From: a virus
Direction: 5' to 3' (one strand)
Length of the DNA stretch: 45,948 bases
IMG/VR virus record: IMGVR_UViG_3300018083_000013
Of the stretch, positions 34,882-43,647 are shown piece after piece; the stretch's first letter is position 1, and every line of letters begins with the position of its first letter. A program made the translations under genes and the position numbers. The notes beneath the pieces are model-generated. The model was not told the origin of the DNA. It was given only the letters and a program-made list of their open reading frames with translations, and ran no database searches.

Positions 34882-35100
34882 ATGGCCGCACGTAACTTGA
34901 CGCCCGCGCAGACCTTGGCCGCGCTCACGCGGGAGGCGAAGGGGAAGACGCGGCGTGTGTCCGAGAAGCAGGAGCAGCAGGCGATTGTGGACTTGCTGCG
35001 GCTCATCGGCGCGAAGGTCTACGTTTTAGGGACGAAGCGCAGGAAGGGCGATTACCGCGTATCTGCGAGCGCTTGGGTTTCGGATTCAGTGAGGCTGTGA
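34882..35100 (+). CDS. Hypothetical protein (72 aa)
   Basis: ATG after ggagagacggagac; clean ORF in the AT-richer patch. Confidence 0.5.
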   Translation: MAARNLTPAQTLAALTREAKGKTRRVSEKQEQQAIVDLLRLIGAKVYVLGTKRRKGDYRVSASAWVSDSVRL

Positions 35101-35351
35101 TGGGCTACTTTCCAAACGGAACTGCTGGTGAGATTTATCGAGAGCAGTATTGCGACCGCTGCGTTCACGGCCGTGGCGGCGATGGGCCGATGTGTCCAAT
35201 CTGGGTGTTGCATCTTGAGCGCAACTACAAGGATTGCAACGACAAAGAATCCCTGTTGCACCGGCTGATTCCGAAGCAGGAACTCGACAACGGCGCGTGT
35301 GTGATGTTTATCGAAGACCCGTACGCTGACCAAATCCGCTTGGACCTGTGA
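35100..35351 (+). CDS. Small Cys-rich hypothetical protein (83 aa)
   Basis: ATG 35100 overlaps the upstream stop (TGATG). MGYFPNGTAGEIYREQYCDRCVHG...CPIW. Confidence 0.55.
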   Translation: MGYFPNGTAGEIYREQYCDRCVHGRGGDGPMCPIWVLHLERNYKDCNDKESLLHRLIPKQELDNGACVMFIEDPYADQIRLDL

Positions 35352-35450
35352 CGATGTTCTTTCAGCGAGGCGCTGGAACGGCAGCGAGGACTTCGGTGCT
35401 GCAAGCGTCTCGTCTCGTTCGATGACTTTTTTCTGAGCCACTGGAGCCTT

Positions 35451-36620
35451 ATGAGCGACCGCACCGCCGTGATCGAGAAGGCACTTCTGAAGCACAGCAC
35501 ACTTGGACATTTGGTGGCACGTTTGGTGGCAAACGCTGTCGCTGATGAACTGCAAGCGGCCGAGTCACGGCCGACGCCGGGGAGCGAGTTCATGATGTTC
35601 TGTGAACACGCGAACGAGAATCCAAATGTCTGCCCATGTCCTTCTGACTGTGCGTGCCGTCGCACGTCAATGTGCCGACAGAAGCCGTTACTAGATCGAC
35701 GAGGATGCTGTTTCTGCGAGGACAGTGAGCGCAAACTCACCGAATACAAAGAGGCGTTACAAACTACAGTTGATCAGAATACTCGTGAACGTCACGAACT
35801 CATCGACACAATTCGCTTCTTGCAACGAGACGCTAATAATGGCCTTCGAGACGCCAAAGGCGAATTAACGCATTTACGTCATGCAAAGTGCGGCGAGTTT
35901 GTTGAGATTGCCGATGCCGGACTGAAAAGGCATTTGGACACATGCCGATTAGACGTAGGTCTGGATGATGTGCCTGAAGCTGTGTCTACGCTGCTCGAGC
36001 GTTCATTGGTCGCAATGACCGCTGAAGCGCAGCGGTTACACAACATCATCGAACGACTCCATACCGAACGCGCTGCTAAGTCCGTGGGGGCCGGGACGCC
36101 GCCGCAGGAGGAGCCGCCTGAAGATAGATGCCCAACATGTGAAGGCGCTGGCGTTGTAGACATGGAGCAACTTCATTGTGAGTTAGTCTCCTCCGCTCCA
36201 GTAGCGCGGCAACTCGAACGAATCTGCGAAGTTCTATCCGCGCACATCGGCAGCGACAACGTGCATCGGATTCTGCAATCAGCGGAAGCGCCGACGCATG
36301 AGCCGCTGCGTTGTGTTTGTGGTCATGCGGCAACTCGGCATCGGGTCCACTCTGGACAGAACACTGGCCGTTGCACGGAAGAACCGCATTGTGATTGTGA
36401 GCAATTTGCTGCCGCCCCCGTGCCGCCGAGGGGAGCGGAGCCTCAGGCGCCTCGAAATGCCGATTGCATCGCCCTCGATGTGCCGCCGCAACTGGTGATG
36501 CTGCTTCGTCAATACGCCAACGACATCGAAACGTGCGGGATGGAAGCCTGCTCCGCGATGCGCGATGAAATCGTCAACGAAATGCGCGAGGCGGCTGACC
36601 TGATTGAGAGGATGAAATGA
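35451..36620 (+). CDS. Cys-rich coiled-coil orphan protein (389 aa)
   Basis: Long ORF in the AT-richer patch with several Cys clusters (CPCPSDCACRR, CCFC, CPTCEG, CVCGH, CDCEQF). Confidence 0.6.
   Translation: MSDRTAVIEKALLKHSTLGHLVARLVANAVADELQAAESRPTPGSEFMMFCEHANENPNVCPCPSDCACRRTSMCRQKPLLDRRGCCFCEDSERKLTEYKEALQTTVDQNTRERHELIDTIRFLQRDANNGLRDAKGELTHLRHAKCGEFVEIADAGLKRHLDTCRLDVGLDDVPEAVSTLLERSLVAMTAEAQRLHNIIERLHTERAAKSVGAGTPPQEEPPEDRCPTCEGAGVVDMEQLHCELVSSAPVARQLERICEVLSAHIGSDNVHRILQSAEAPTHEPLRCVCGHAATRHRVHSGQNTGRCTEEPHCDCEQFAAAPVPPRGAEPQAPRNADCIALDVPPQLVMLLRQYANDIETCGMEACSAMRDEIVNEMREAADLIERMK
36415..36442 (+). repeat. 28-bp exact repeat, copy 1 (encodes PVPPRGAEP)
   Basis: cccccgtgccgccgaggggagcggagcc, identical to 37167..37194. 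Confidence 0.95.
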
Positions 36621-36817
36621 GAAACGAGACGTATTACTCACGCGACGGAAGCCGCATTGCGCACTGGTGGGATCGTGGCGGTGGTTACGATCTTCAATAT
36701 GGGCTTAGGTTCACGTTCAAAGGACGAATCCGCGACACGCAAAACGAGTCGGCGGCCCAAAGCATCACCGAGGCCAGATCGCGGTGTCGTGAATATACGG
36801 CCAAGAGGATGAAATGA
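36617..36817 (+). CDS. Hypothetical protein (66 aa)
   Basis: ATGA coupling within the shared junction agaggatgaaatga. Confidence 0.5.
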   Translation: MRNETYYSRDGSRIAHWWDRGGGYDLQYGLRFTFKGRIRDTQNESAAQSITEARSRCREYTAKRMK

Positions 36818-37002
36818 CCAAGACCCGCAAGCCGAAACGCTACGCCACCGCTGCCGTGCTGACCGTGAACCAACCCGGACGCATGACCACGAAGGGCCGG
36901 AAGCAGATCGCCCAATGGCTCCGTGACCGTGCGGACGATCTGACCAACCGCGGCCGCGACCTGAACGACACCGGGGCATGGCGCTGCCGGTATTACTACT
37001 GA
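36814..37002 (+). CDS. Hypothetical basic protein (62 aa)
   Basis: ATGA coupling within the second copy of agaggatgaaatga. Confidence 0.5.
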   Translation: MTKTRKPKRYATAAVLTVNQPGRMTTKGRKQIAQWLRDRADDLTNRGRDLNDTGAWRCRYYY

Positions 37003-37012
37003 GGATAAGCAC

Positions 37013-37867
37013 ATGAATAACAGCAGACCGTTATGGCGCGATGCTTGTTGGCCTGACCCGTGTCGCGGTCACAGCGTTGGTGAGATTACACAGGTCGATG
37101 TGAAATCTAATGTGCGTTCGTGCGGGTGCGGACCCAAGGACGGCTGCAAGGACTGCTGCTCAGGAACCCCCGTGCCGCCGAGGGGAGCGGAGCCGCAGGA
37201 GGACGCGCCGAGGCCGACGGGTCGTGACTGGCTGACTGGCCAGAGGCTTCCGCAGGGGGCGCAGGCAGGGCCGGAGACGCCGCGCCGAGAGTGGCCTGAT
37301 CCGACACCTGAAATGTGCGACTCACCGCAGTTTGAGGCCGTGTGGCAGTGCATCAAGAAGTGGGATATCGAAGTGCCGGACGTTTACACCGGCTACATGG
37401 GCGCGACCGGCAACCATGTCCGCGCCATTCTCGATTCACTTGGTCAGCCGCAGGCCGCGTCCGTGTCGGCGCTGGTGGAGCGGGTGATTAGCGATGCACG
37501 CAGGTCGGTCATGTCGGCGTATCGGCAGGGACGTGAAGCCACGACCACACCAGCGATGGCGGAACTGATTGCGGATGACTTGTCGCGTCGGATCGCTGCG
37601 GAGTTTGACGCCATCGCCGCCCTGTCACCGACGCCAGCGGGACCGTGGACGCGGGAGCAGGCAGCAGCGCAACGAGCGTGGGCGCTAAAGGTGGCTGGTC
37701 CCTACTTCAATGACGGACGCTGCTCTGGACATCACCAGTTCAACGGACGCTATTGCCGAGACGCGGCTACTTCAAGGCGGTGGTGCATCCACTGTGCCGG
37801 ATTCATGTTGCTGCAAGCCCTACTCGCCGCCACGCTCACTGCGGACCACGGGAGGCCCACACCATGA
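37013..37867 (+). CDS. Cys-rich orphan protein (284 aa)
   Basis: Clean ORF. It shares the CxC...PVPPRGAEPQ segment with the 389-aa protein. Confidence 0.6.
   Translation: MNNSRPLWRDACWPDPCRGHSVGEITQVDVKSNVRSCGCGPKDGCKDCCSGTPVPPRGAEPQEDAPRPTGRDWLTGQRLPQGAQAGPETPRREWPDPTPEMCDSPQFEAVWQCIKKWDIEVPDVYTGYMGATGNHVRAILDSLGQPQAASVSALVERVISDARRSVMSAYRQGREATTTPAMAELIADDLSRRIAAEFDAIAALSPTPAGPWTREQAAAQRAWALKVAGPYFNDGRCSGHHQFNGRYCRDAATSRRWCIHCAGFMLLQALLAATLTADHGRPTP
37167..37194 (+). repeat. 28-bp exact repeat, copy 2
   Basis: Identical to 36415..36442. Confidence 0.95.
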
Positions 37868-38040
37868 GCCAAGCGAAACGCACCGCGCCACCAGCGTGTC
37901 CACTCTGCGCTCTCGCAACGAACGTGAGTCTGCTTGCGGACGAAGATGCGGCGTTCATGGCCGTGTGGGAATGCTCTCGCTGCGGGATCAAGTTCGATGA
38001 GTATGGCCGCACCGGATCGAAGGCTGGTGGTCCGCGATGA
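37864..38040 (+). CDS. Small zinc-ribbon-like protein (58 aa)
   Basis: ATGA coupling. Contains CPLC...CSRC. Confidence 0.45.
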   Translation: MSQAKRTAPPACPLCALATNVSLLADEDAAFMAVWECSRCGIKFDEYGRTGSKAGGPR

Positions 38041-38318
38041 CCCCCAAGCCCCCGCCCCGTCGCTATCCCCTCTGCGGAGCCGTGCTGCTGGCGTGTCTGC
38101 TGACGGCCTGTGCGCCGAAGTTGGGCTACACGCCTGATCCGTCGTTGACGTTGGTGGGCAACGCGAATCGGTTTCTTCGCATCGTCGAGGCTGATTACTT
38201 TCGTTACGGCAAGGACGGCTCCTGCTCGATTGATCGGGTGCGCGATGACGGCTGGATTCGGGTGCTGTGCGGTCGGCCTGACGGCACGGTGCGGCAATAC
38301 GAGACGTGGCTCAGGTGA
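38037..38318 (+). CDS. Lipoprotein (lipobox LTAC)
   Basis: ATGA coupling. N-terminus MTPKPPPRRYPLCGAVLLACLLTAC/APK. Confidence 0.6.
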   Translation: MTPKPPPRRYPLCGAVLLACLLTACAPKLGYTPDPSLTLVGNANRFLRIVEADYFRYGKDGSCSIDRVRDDGWIRVLCGRPDGTVRQYETWLR

Positions 38319-38728
38319 GGGCAACTATGCGAACGATGGACTTTCCGATTGAGGAGCGTTGGGTCGGCGGTGGCGACACCGGCACGTCATCGCTGACCAT
38401 TTGGGCTGTGCTGATGAATCGCATCAGTCCGCACGGTCGGCTGGATATTCCCTACGACCCTGACGACTTGGGCCGGTGCTATCGGCTATTGAGAATAAAG
38501 CCAGAGTGGGAAGCGCGGCTGGCTGAAGTCGCAGAGGCTGTCCCACGTTGGCGTCCGTTCGTGCGCGAGTGGGACAAACTGATCGCGCTTTTTGAGGACG
38601 ATGTTCAGAACGCGCCGAAGAACAAATGGGGCGCGCCCATCTGCAAGAAGACATACGACTTCATGCAGACGCTACGCGATGAAGCGGACGCCATCAGTGA
38701 AAGCAGCGTCGTCCGGTTGAAACTCTGA
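38315..38728 (+). CDS. Hypothetical protein (about 137 aa)
   Basis: GTG 38315 overlaps the upstream stop (GTGA). Alternative starts at 38306 and 38327. Confidence 0.5.
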   Translation: MRATMRTMDFPIEERWVGGGDTGTSSLTIWAVLMNRISPHGRLDIPYDPDDLGRCYRLLRIKPEWEARLAEVAEAVPRWRPFVREWDKLIALFEDDVQNAPKNKWGAPICKKTYDFMQTLRDEADAISESSVVRLKL

Positions 38729-38840
38729 ATGAGGACGCTGGCATCGCTGGTGAACATCGGGGCCTCAAGCGACTCACAAGAACTTTTGACGGCGCGGGGC
38801 ATACCTGGCAGATGCAGCCGAGGATGGGAGTGGTGCAGGA

Positions 38841-39140
38841 ATGAGCGAGACGACGGTGTTGACGGTGGATGAGCTGTCCGACATGGTGCAAGCGTGCGTA
38901 GACGCTACGAGTCATCGGCACGTTCGTCAACATCTGGTAACCATACCAGCCACTAAATTGCTTGAGTTGTGCCGAATCGCCGAGCGGCTGGCGCAGATAG
39001 AGGCGCTGCGGGAAGACATCGGCATGTGCGTGAAGATGCTCACGGCTGGCGATCTCAGCGAAGCCGAACGATGGGCGATTGCGAACACGCTAAAGCCGCT
39101 GCTCCAGCCGGTGCGCGGGGCGGGCGAGGAGGGCCGGTAG
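38841..39140 (+). CDS. Hypothetical protein (99 aa)
   Basis: Clean ORF immediately followed by the ATG at 39141. Confidence 0.5.
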   Translation: MSETTVLTVDELSDMVQACVDATSHRHVRQHLVTIPATKLLELCRIAERLAQIEALREDIGMCVKMLTAGDLSEAERWAIANTLKPLLQPVRGAGEEGR

Positions 39141-40847
39141 ATGGCGACGACAATCGCGAGCGGCTACAACCCGGTCCCTGGCCCTGACGGACTCCTCGCG
39201 TACGGTGGTGCGCACGAGACCTTCCTCTGGGACGGCCTGAGTACGCGGCCAATCAGCGCAGGATCCTGCGCCGGCTGGAACGGCCGCGAGGTCGTCGTCT
39301 CTCGAGGCGTCGAGTTCGCGCCGAGAGTCTACGGCCGGCGGCTCGTCTTCGTGAACGTCGACACGGGCGCCGAGCGCGACAGTGGCATCGACCCCGCGCA
39401 GGAGCCTGGCAACTTTCCCACCATCGCGCACATCAACGGCGTCACCGTCTCGAGCGTCGAGGGCCAGCACTTCGTGAACGGACAACCGATCGCGACCGAG
39501 CCAGGCGCCGGGAAGATCGAGGACTTCGACGGCGAACACATCCTGTATCCAGTGCAGATCGACGGGCAGTACACGTTCGTCGTCAAGCGGCTCGCGGACG
39601 GTGCGGATATTCACCGCGTCAACTGGAAATTGGAGAACGCGCGCCTCGATAGGCTCGCCTCTGGACCGTGGTTGTCGTGGAACAACTACGGAACGATGGG
39701 AGTACTCGCGCCGAGCGGGGTCCAGTTCAACAGTCCTGCCGGCGAGGGCCGCGGGCTGATGGCGGAATGGAACGGTCTCATCGTGGCGATCACCGTCCGG
39801 CAGGAAGGCTGGACGCCCGTCTGGATCATTCGCAAGTTCTGGGACCAAGGCGCGCTGTACGCTTGGAACGCGGACGCGCCAGGTTGGATTGTTCGCGGCG
39901 TAGGTTGGGACGGCATGAAGTTCGTCGACGGCATCGCGTACGGCTACCTCCAAGGGGCAGGCGGCGAGCTCGGCATCCAAGCGATCGACTTCGACGCCCC
40001 GCGTGAGGTCTACGTGCCCCCGGCGCCGCCAGTCGCGAACCTCCCCGACTGGCCTGAAGACTTCCCGCCGATTCTGGTCGGATGCCTCGCGCACGCCCCA
40101 CAGCCGTCCGACCCGGGCACGCTCGGCAACGTCGGCACGGACAAGCCGGTCATCATCGAGGGCTACCGGCAAGCAGACGGCGCACGCTGGACCGTGACCG
40201 AGGAGGACCGCCGGCGCCAGCGATTGATCTACATCGACTGGAAGGAGTCGCACGCGAAAGAGGCCATGCTCGCGAACGCCAAGGCCGACCAGGATGCGTA
40301 CGGCGGTACGCTGGTCTTCTACTTCGATTCGAACGAGATGGCGCAGGAGCTCGAGACGACGATTCAATACGCGAGTGTGGTCGCAGGAGGCCGCGCCGCT
40401 ATCCGTGCGCTCCGCTGCTACCCGTCAGGCCAGACACCCGAGGAGATGTACGACCGCGTGAAGGCCGACCTCGTGCGGTGCGATTGGGCCATCCTCGTGA
40501 CCTCTGGCTACCAGCAGGCGTGGAGCGCCGAGACGGCCAGGATCGCGATGCGCCTCACGGCCAGGCTCGCGGCCGAGCACCCGGGCAAGGTCAAGGCCGT
40601 CGTCATCACGAAGCGCCCGCCCTACCTGCCGGAGATTCAGGAGGACATCGCCGCCCTGTGCGCCCTCGCGCCGGTTGCAGATGTCGACGCCCTGTTTCCG
40701 AAGTGGAAGCGGGACATCGCCCCGCCGCCAGTCGATGAGCCCGATGAGGTCGTGCCTCCGAAGTTGCCCTGGTGGAAGCGACCAGTTACCACCACGAAAC
40801 CGAAGCGGTCATTCTTCGGCTGGCTCAAGAAAGCGTTCGGGCTGTAA
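39141..40847 (+). CDS. Large orphan protein (568 aa) with basic amphipathic C-terminal tail
   Basis: Clean long ORF. The N-terminal half is beta-rich and the C-terminus is KLPWWKRPVTTTKPKRSFFGWLKKAFGL. No recognisable catalytic motif. Confidence 0.6.
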   Translation: MATTIASGYNPVPGPDGLLAYGGAHETFLWDGLSTRPISAGSCAGWNGREVVVSRGVEFAPRVYGRRLVFVNVDTGAERDSGIDPAQEPGNFPTIAHINGVTVSSVEGQHFVNGQPIATEPGAGKIEDFDGEHILYPVQIDGQYTFVVKRLADGADIHRVNWKLENARLDRLASGPWLSWNNYGTMGVLAPSGVQFNSPAGEGRGLMAEWNGLIVAITVRQEGWTPVWIIRKFWDQGALYAWNADAPGWIVRGVGWDGMKFVDGIAYGYLQGAGGELGIQAIDFDAPREVYVPPAPPVANLPDWPEDFPPILVGCLAHAPQPSDPGTLGNVGTDKPVIIEGYRQADGARWTVTEEDRRRQRLIYIDWKESHAKEAMLANAKADQDAYGGTLVFYFDSNEMAQELETTIQYASVVAGGRAAIRALRCYPSGQTPEEMYDRVKADLVRCDWAILVTSGYQQAWSAETARIAMRLTARLAAEHPGKVKAVVITKRPPYLPEIQEDIAALCALAPVADVDALFPKWKRDIAPPPVDEPDEVVPPKLPWWKRPVTTTKPKRSFFGWLKKAFGL

Positions 40848-40852
40848 CACAT
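40843..40852 (+). promoter_or_regulatory. TGTAACACAT motif, copy 3
   Basis: Exact 10-mer spanning the stop TAA of 39141..40847, 15 nt before the TerS start. Confidence 0.3.
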
Positions 40853-40866
40853 GGCAGGGTGTTCCC

Positions 40867-41259
40867 GTGGCCCGCGGGACACTCACCGAGAAGCACAAGC
40901 GGTTCGTTGAAGCCTATTGCGGCCCGGCCGCAGGGAACGCGACCAAGGCCGCAGAGATAGCAGGCGTGCCCCACCGTAGCGCGTCCACAATGGGCGCCCG
41001 GTGGTTGGGAAAAGTTTGGATTCAGAAAGCCATCGCTGACCGGCAGGACCGCCGCGAGAAGAAGTCCATCGCGGACGCCGATGAGCGCGACGAAATCCTC
41101 ACGAAGATTGCCCGCCGGGGCAGCGCGGCCTCGAAGGACCGCATCGCCGCCGTCAAGGAACTGAATAAGGTCTCCGGCCGGCACACCCTCAACGTCCACC
41201 ACTCCGGCACGCTGACCCTCGAGCAGTTACTCACAGAGAGTCGTGAGACCGGCCGCTGA
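40867..41259 (+). CDS. terS: Terminase small subunit (Terminase_2-like)
   Basis: GTG 40867 is in frame with track ORF 40675..41259. Contains KHKRFVEAYCGPAAGNATKAAEIAGVPHRSASTMGARWL. Confidence 0.7.
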   Translation: MARGTLTEKHKRFVEAYCGPAAGNATKAAEIAGVPHRSASTMGARWLGKVWIQKAIADRQDRREKKSIADADERDEILTKIARRGSAASKDRIAAVKELNKVSGRHTLNVHHSGTLTLEQLLTESRETGR

Positions 41260-42742
41260 GAAGATTCGAAGCTGGCGCGAGTTCCGCGGCATCCTTCGAT
41301 TCATTGACGAGCAATTCAAGATCACGCTCGACCCGTGGCAGGAAGAAGCGGCCCTGCTGTTCGAATCCCCGAAGCCAGACGACCGCCGCATCAGCCTGCA
41401 GGCGTGCGCCGGCCCAGGTAAGTCGGCCGTCGAGGCGTGGTGCGCGTGGTGGTTCCTGTCAACGCAGGGTGAGCGCGGAGAACATCCGCAGGGCGCCGCG
41501 ACCTCCATCACGGGCGACAACCTCCAGGACAACCTCTGGAAAGAGCTCGCGAAGTGGCGGGCGCTTAGTCAATTCCTGACGGCCGCGTTCGAATGGACAA
41601 GCACGCGCATCTTCGCGTTCGACCACCCGCAGACGTGGTTCATGTCGGCGCGCTCGTGGCCGAAGACCGCGAGTCCTGACGAGCAGGGTAAGACCCTCTC
41701 CGGTCTGCACTCGAAGTACGTCTTCGTCATCTGCGACGAGTCCGGCGCGATTCCCGTCACCGTGCTGAACGCCGCGAACCAGGCGCTGTTCCGGTGCGTG
41801 TTCGGGAAGATCATGCAGGGCGGCAATCCCATCAGCCTCGAGGGGATGCTGCACTTCGCCGCGAACGAAGGCCGGACGCAGTGGAAGATCGTCGTTGTCA
41901 CGGGCGACCCAGACGACCCGAAGGCGTGGGTCAACTCGCCACGGTTCGCCGCACAGCACACCAGTAACGGTCCCTGCGGTTGTCCGCGCTGCGAGGCGCA
42001 GGCGCAGATCAATCTCTACGGCCGCGACAACCCGTGGATCAAGTCCTACATCCTCGGCCAGTTCCCGAGCGCCAGCATCAACGCGCTCCTGAGTCTCGAG
42101 GACGTGGTCGCGGCGATGAATCGGAAGCTGCCGGAGCACACCTATCGCTACTCGCAGAAGCGACTCGGCGTGGACTGTGCGCGGTTCGGTGACGACCGGA
42201 CGACCATCTGCCCACGGCAAGGGCTGCGGTGCTTCCCGGCCGTCACGATGCGGAACGCGAAGACGCAGGAGATTGCCGCGCGCGTGGCCGCAGGCCAGGA
42301 CCGATGGGGCGCGGAGATGATTCTCGTGGACGCCACAGGTGGCTACGGCGCCGGCACGATCGACGCGCTCGAGCTCGGCGGCCGCCAGGTCATCAGCGTC
42401 GAGTACGCGGGCCGTCCCATCGACCCTCGGTACAACAACAAGCGCACCGAGATCGGCTACCTCTTCGCGGAGTGGGTGAAGAAGGGCGGGCAGTTGCCGA
42501 ATGACCCGGCGCTCCCGAAGGAACTCACGAAGATCACCTACACGTTCCAGAACGGGAAGTTCATGCTCGAGCCCAAGGAGCAGATGAAGAAGCGCCTCGG
42601 CTATTCGCCGGACCTCTGGGACGGCTACGCGAACACGTTTGCCCTGCCGGACATGCCGGCGGATGTCGCGATGCTAAAAGCGTTCGAACGGAAGACACCC
42701 AACAAGGTCATCACGGCCGACAGCCTGGGAGCGATCGAATGA
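41243..42742 (+). CDS. terL: Terminase large subunit
   Basis: Walker A ACAGPGKS and Walker B VFVICDES. 499 aa, located next to TerS. Confidence 0.85.
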   Translation: MRPAAEKIRSWREFRGILRFIDEQFKITLDPWQEEAALLFESPKPDDRRISLQACAGPGKSAVEAWCAWWFLSTQGERGEHPQGAATSITGDNLQDNLWKELAKWRALSQFLTAAFEWTSTRIFAFDHPQTWFMSARSWPKTASPDEQGKTLSGLHSKYVFVICDESGAIPVTVLNAANQALFRCVFGKIMQGGNPISLEGMLHFAANEGRTQWKIVVVTGDPDDPKAWVNSPRFAAQHTSNGPCGCPRCEAQAQINLYGRDNPWIKSYILGQFPSASINALLSLEDVVAAMNRKLPEHTYRYSQKRLGVDCARFGDDRTTICPRQGLRCFPAVTMRNAKTQEIAARVAAGQDRWGAEMILVDATGGYGAGTIDALELGGRQVISVEYAGRPIDPRYNNKRTEIGYLFAEWVKKGGQLPNDPALPKELTKITYTFQNGKFMLEPKEQMKKRLGYSPDLWDGYANTFALPDMPADVAMLKAFERKTPNKVITADSLGAIE

Positions 42743-42933
42743 GAGAGCACGAGATTCTACGGAAGCACGCGGAGATTGAAGGCTACGGCCGCGCGCTCAG
42801 TCGGTTTATGGAGATGACCTTCGTGGAGCGGGTCGGCTGGTTCTTCTTCGGCGCGAAGTTCCTGGTCTGGCTCTGGACGAAGAAGCGCGACGCGCAGGTA
42901 CCTGTTGCGAATCAGGCTCGCGTCAGCCGCTGA
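42739..42933 (+). CDS. Small membrane protein (64 aa)
   Basis: ATGA coupling. TM helix VGWFFFGAKFLVWLW. Confidence 0.45.
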   Translation: MREHEILRKHAEIEGYGRALSRFMEMTFVERVGWFFFGAKFLVWLWTKKRDAQVPVANQARVSR

Positions 42934-43345
42934 CCGCCCGGCGCTGAATCTCTTCTTCGCGGCCGCGCTCGAGGAACGCGACTACGCGGACCTGTTCGGC
43001 GGGCCGATTGATTGGGCGACGGTGCAGTTCACCGACCAGGTCGTGATCCTGATTGCGGAAGACCCGGAGCTCATCGGGTGCTTCGTCGCGGTCATCGTCA
43101 AGCATCCGATCGGCGGTCGCGTCTACGGCGATCAGGTGCTCTGGTACGTCACGCCGGCGCGCCGCACCTCCTCTGCCGGGCTCCTGCTCTGGCACGCCTA
43201 CGAGGAATGGTGCTTGACCCACGGTGTAACACAAGTGAGGGTAGTTCAGCCGGCCGACCGGCCGCGTCTCGGCGCGCACTTTGCTCGACGCGGGTACCGC
43301 GCGATCGAAATCGGTTGGGTACGTGACCTGACAGGAGACGGATGA
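42905..43345 (+). CDS. GNAT-family N-acetyltransferase
   Basis: TTG start. It has the GNAT layout: IRLASAADRPAL..., ...IGCFVAVIV..., ...RRTSSAGLLLWHAYEEWCLTHGV..., ...FARRGY. Confidence 0.55.
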   Translation: MRIRLASAADRPALNLFFAAALEERDYADLFGGPIDWATVQFTDQVVILIAEDPELIGCFVAVIVKHPIGGRVYGDQVLWYVTPARRTSSAGLLLWHAYEEWCLTHGVTQVRVVQPADRPRLGAHFARRGYRAIEIGWVRDLTGDG

Positions 43346-43647
43346 GCGCCTTCGGATTTGGATCACCCAAGACTCCTACCTCAACCGGGCGCACGAAGTC
43401 GCCCAACGCTGGCCCGGTGACCGGCTACGCGGTGCCGCGCAATCCGCCAGAGACCGACCTCCTCGGCTCGACGCCGGCGCCGCCCGCGATCGACATGCCG
43501 TCACTGGAAACGGCCGGCGGTCTCGCGGCGACCCTGCAGCGCAAGCGCGCCGCCAAGTACGCGATGCTCATCGAAGGCCAGCCCGCCGACGCGAAGACGA
43601 CCGGCCCGGCGCCCGTCCTCAAGCGTAGGGAACTGCTCGGGTACTGA
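43342..43647 (+). CDS. Hypothetical Pro-rich protein (101 aa) upstream of the portal
   Basis: ATGA and TGATG coupling on both sides. Confidence 0.5.
   Translation: MSAFGFGSPKTPTSTGRTKSPNAGPVTGYAVPRNPPETDLLGSTPAPPAIDMPSLETAGGLAATLQRKRAAKYAMLIEGQPADAKTTGPAPVLKRRELLGY

Noticed and set aside
34882-35100. VRR-NUC nuclease call for the 72-aa protein (EKQEQQAIVDLLRLIGAKVYVLGTKRRKGDY)
   Set aside because: The expected downstream catalytic PD...(D/E)xK segment is absent in all three frames. The similarity is too short to support a call.
35052-35749. Minus-strand ORFs 35052..35555 and 35225..35749 in the AT-richer patch
   Set aside because: They overlap each other and two + strand ORFs that have coupled starts. 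No RBS or motif support was found.
40851-40910. ATG at 40851 (inside TGTAACACATG) as the terS start
   Set aside because: It is out of frame with the Terminase_2-like sequence and gives only a 19-aa peptide. GTG 40867 is in frame.
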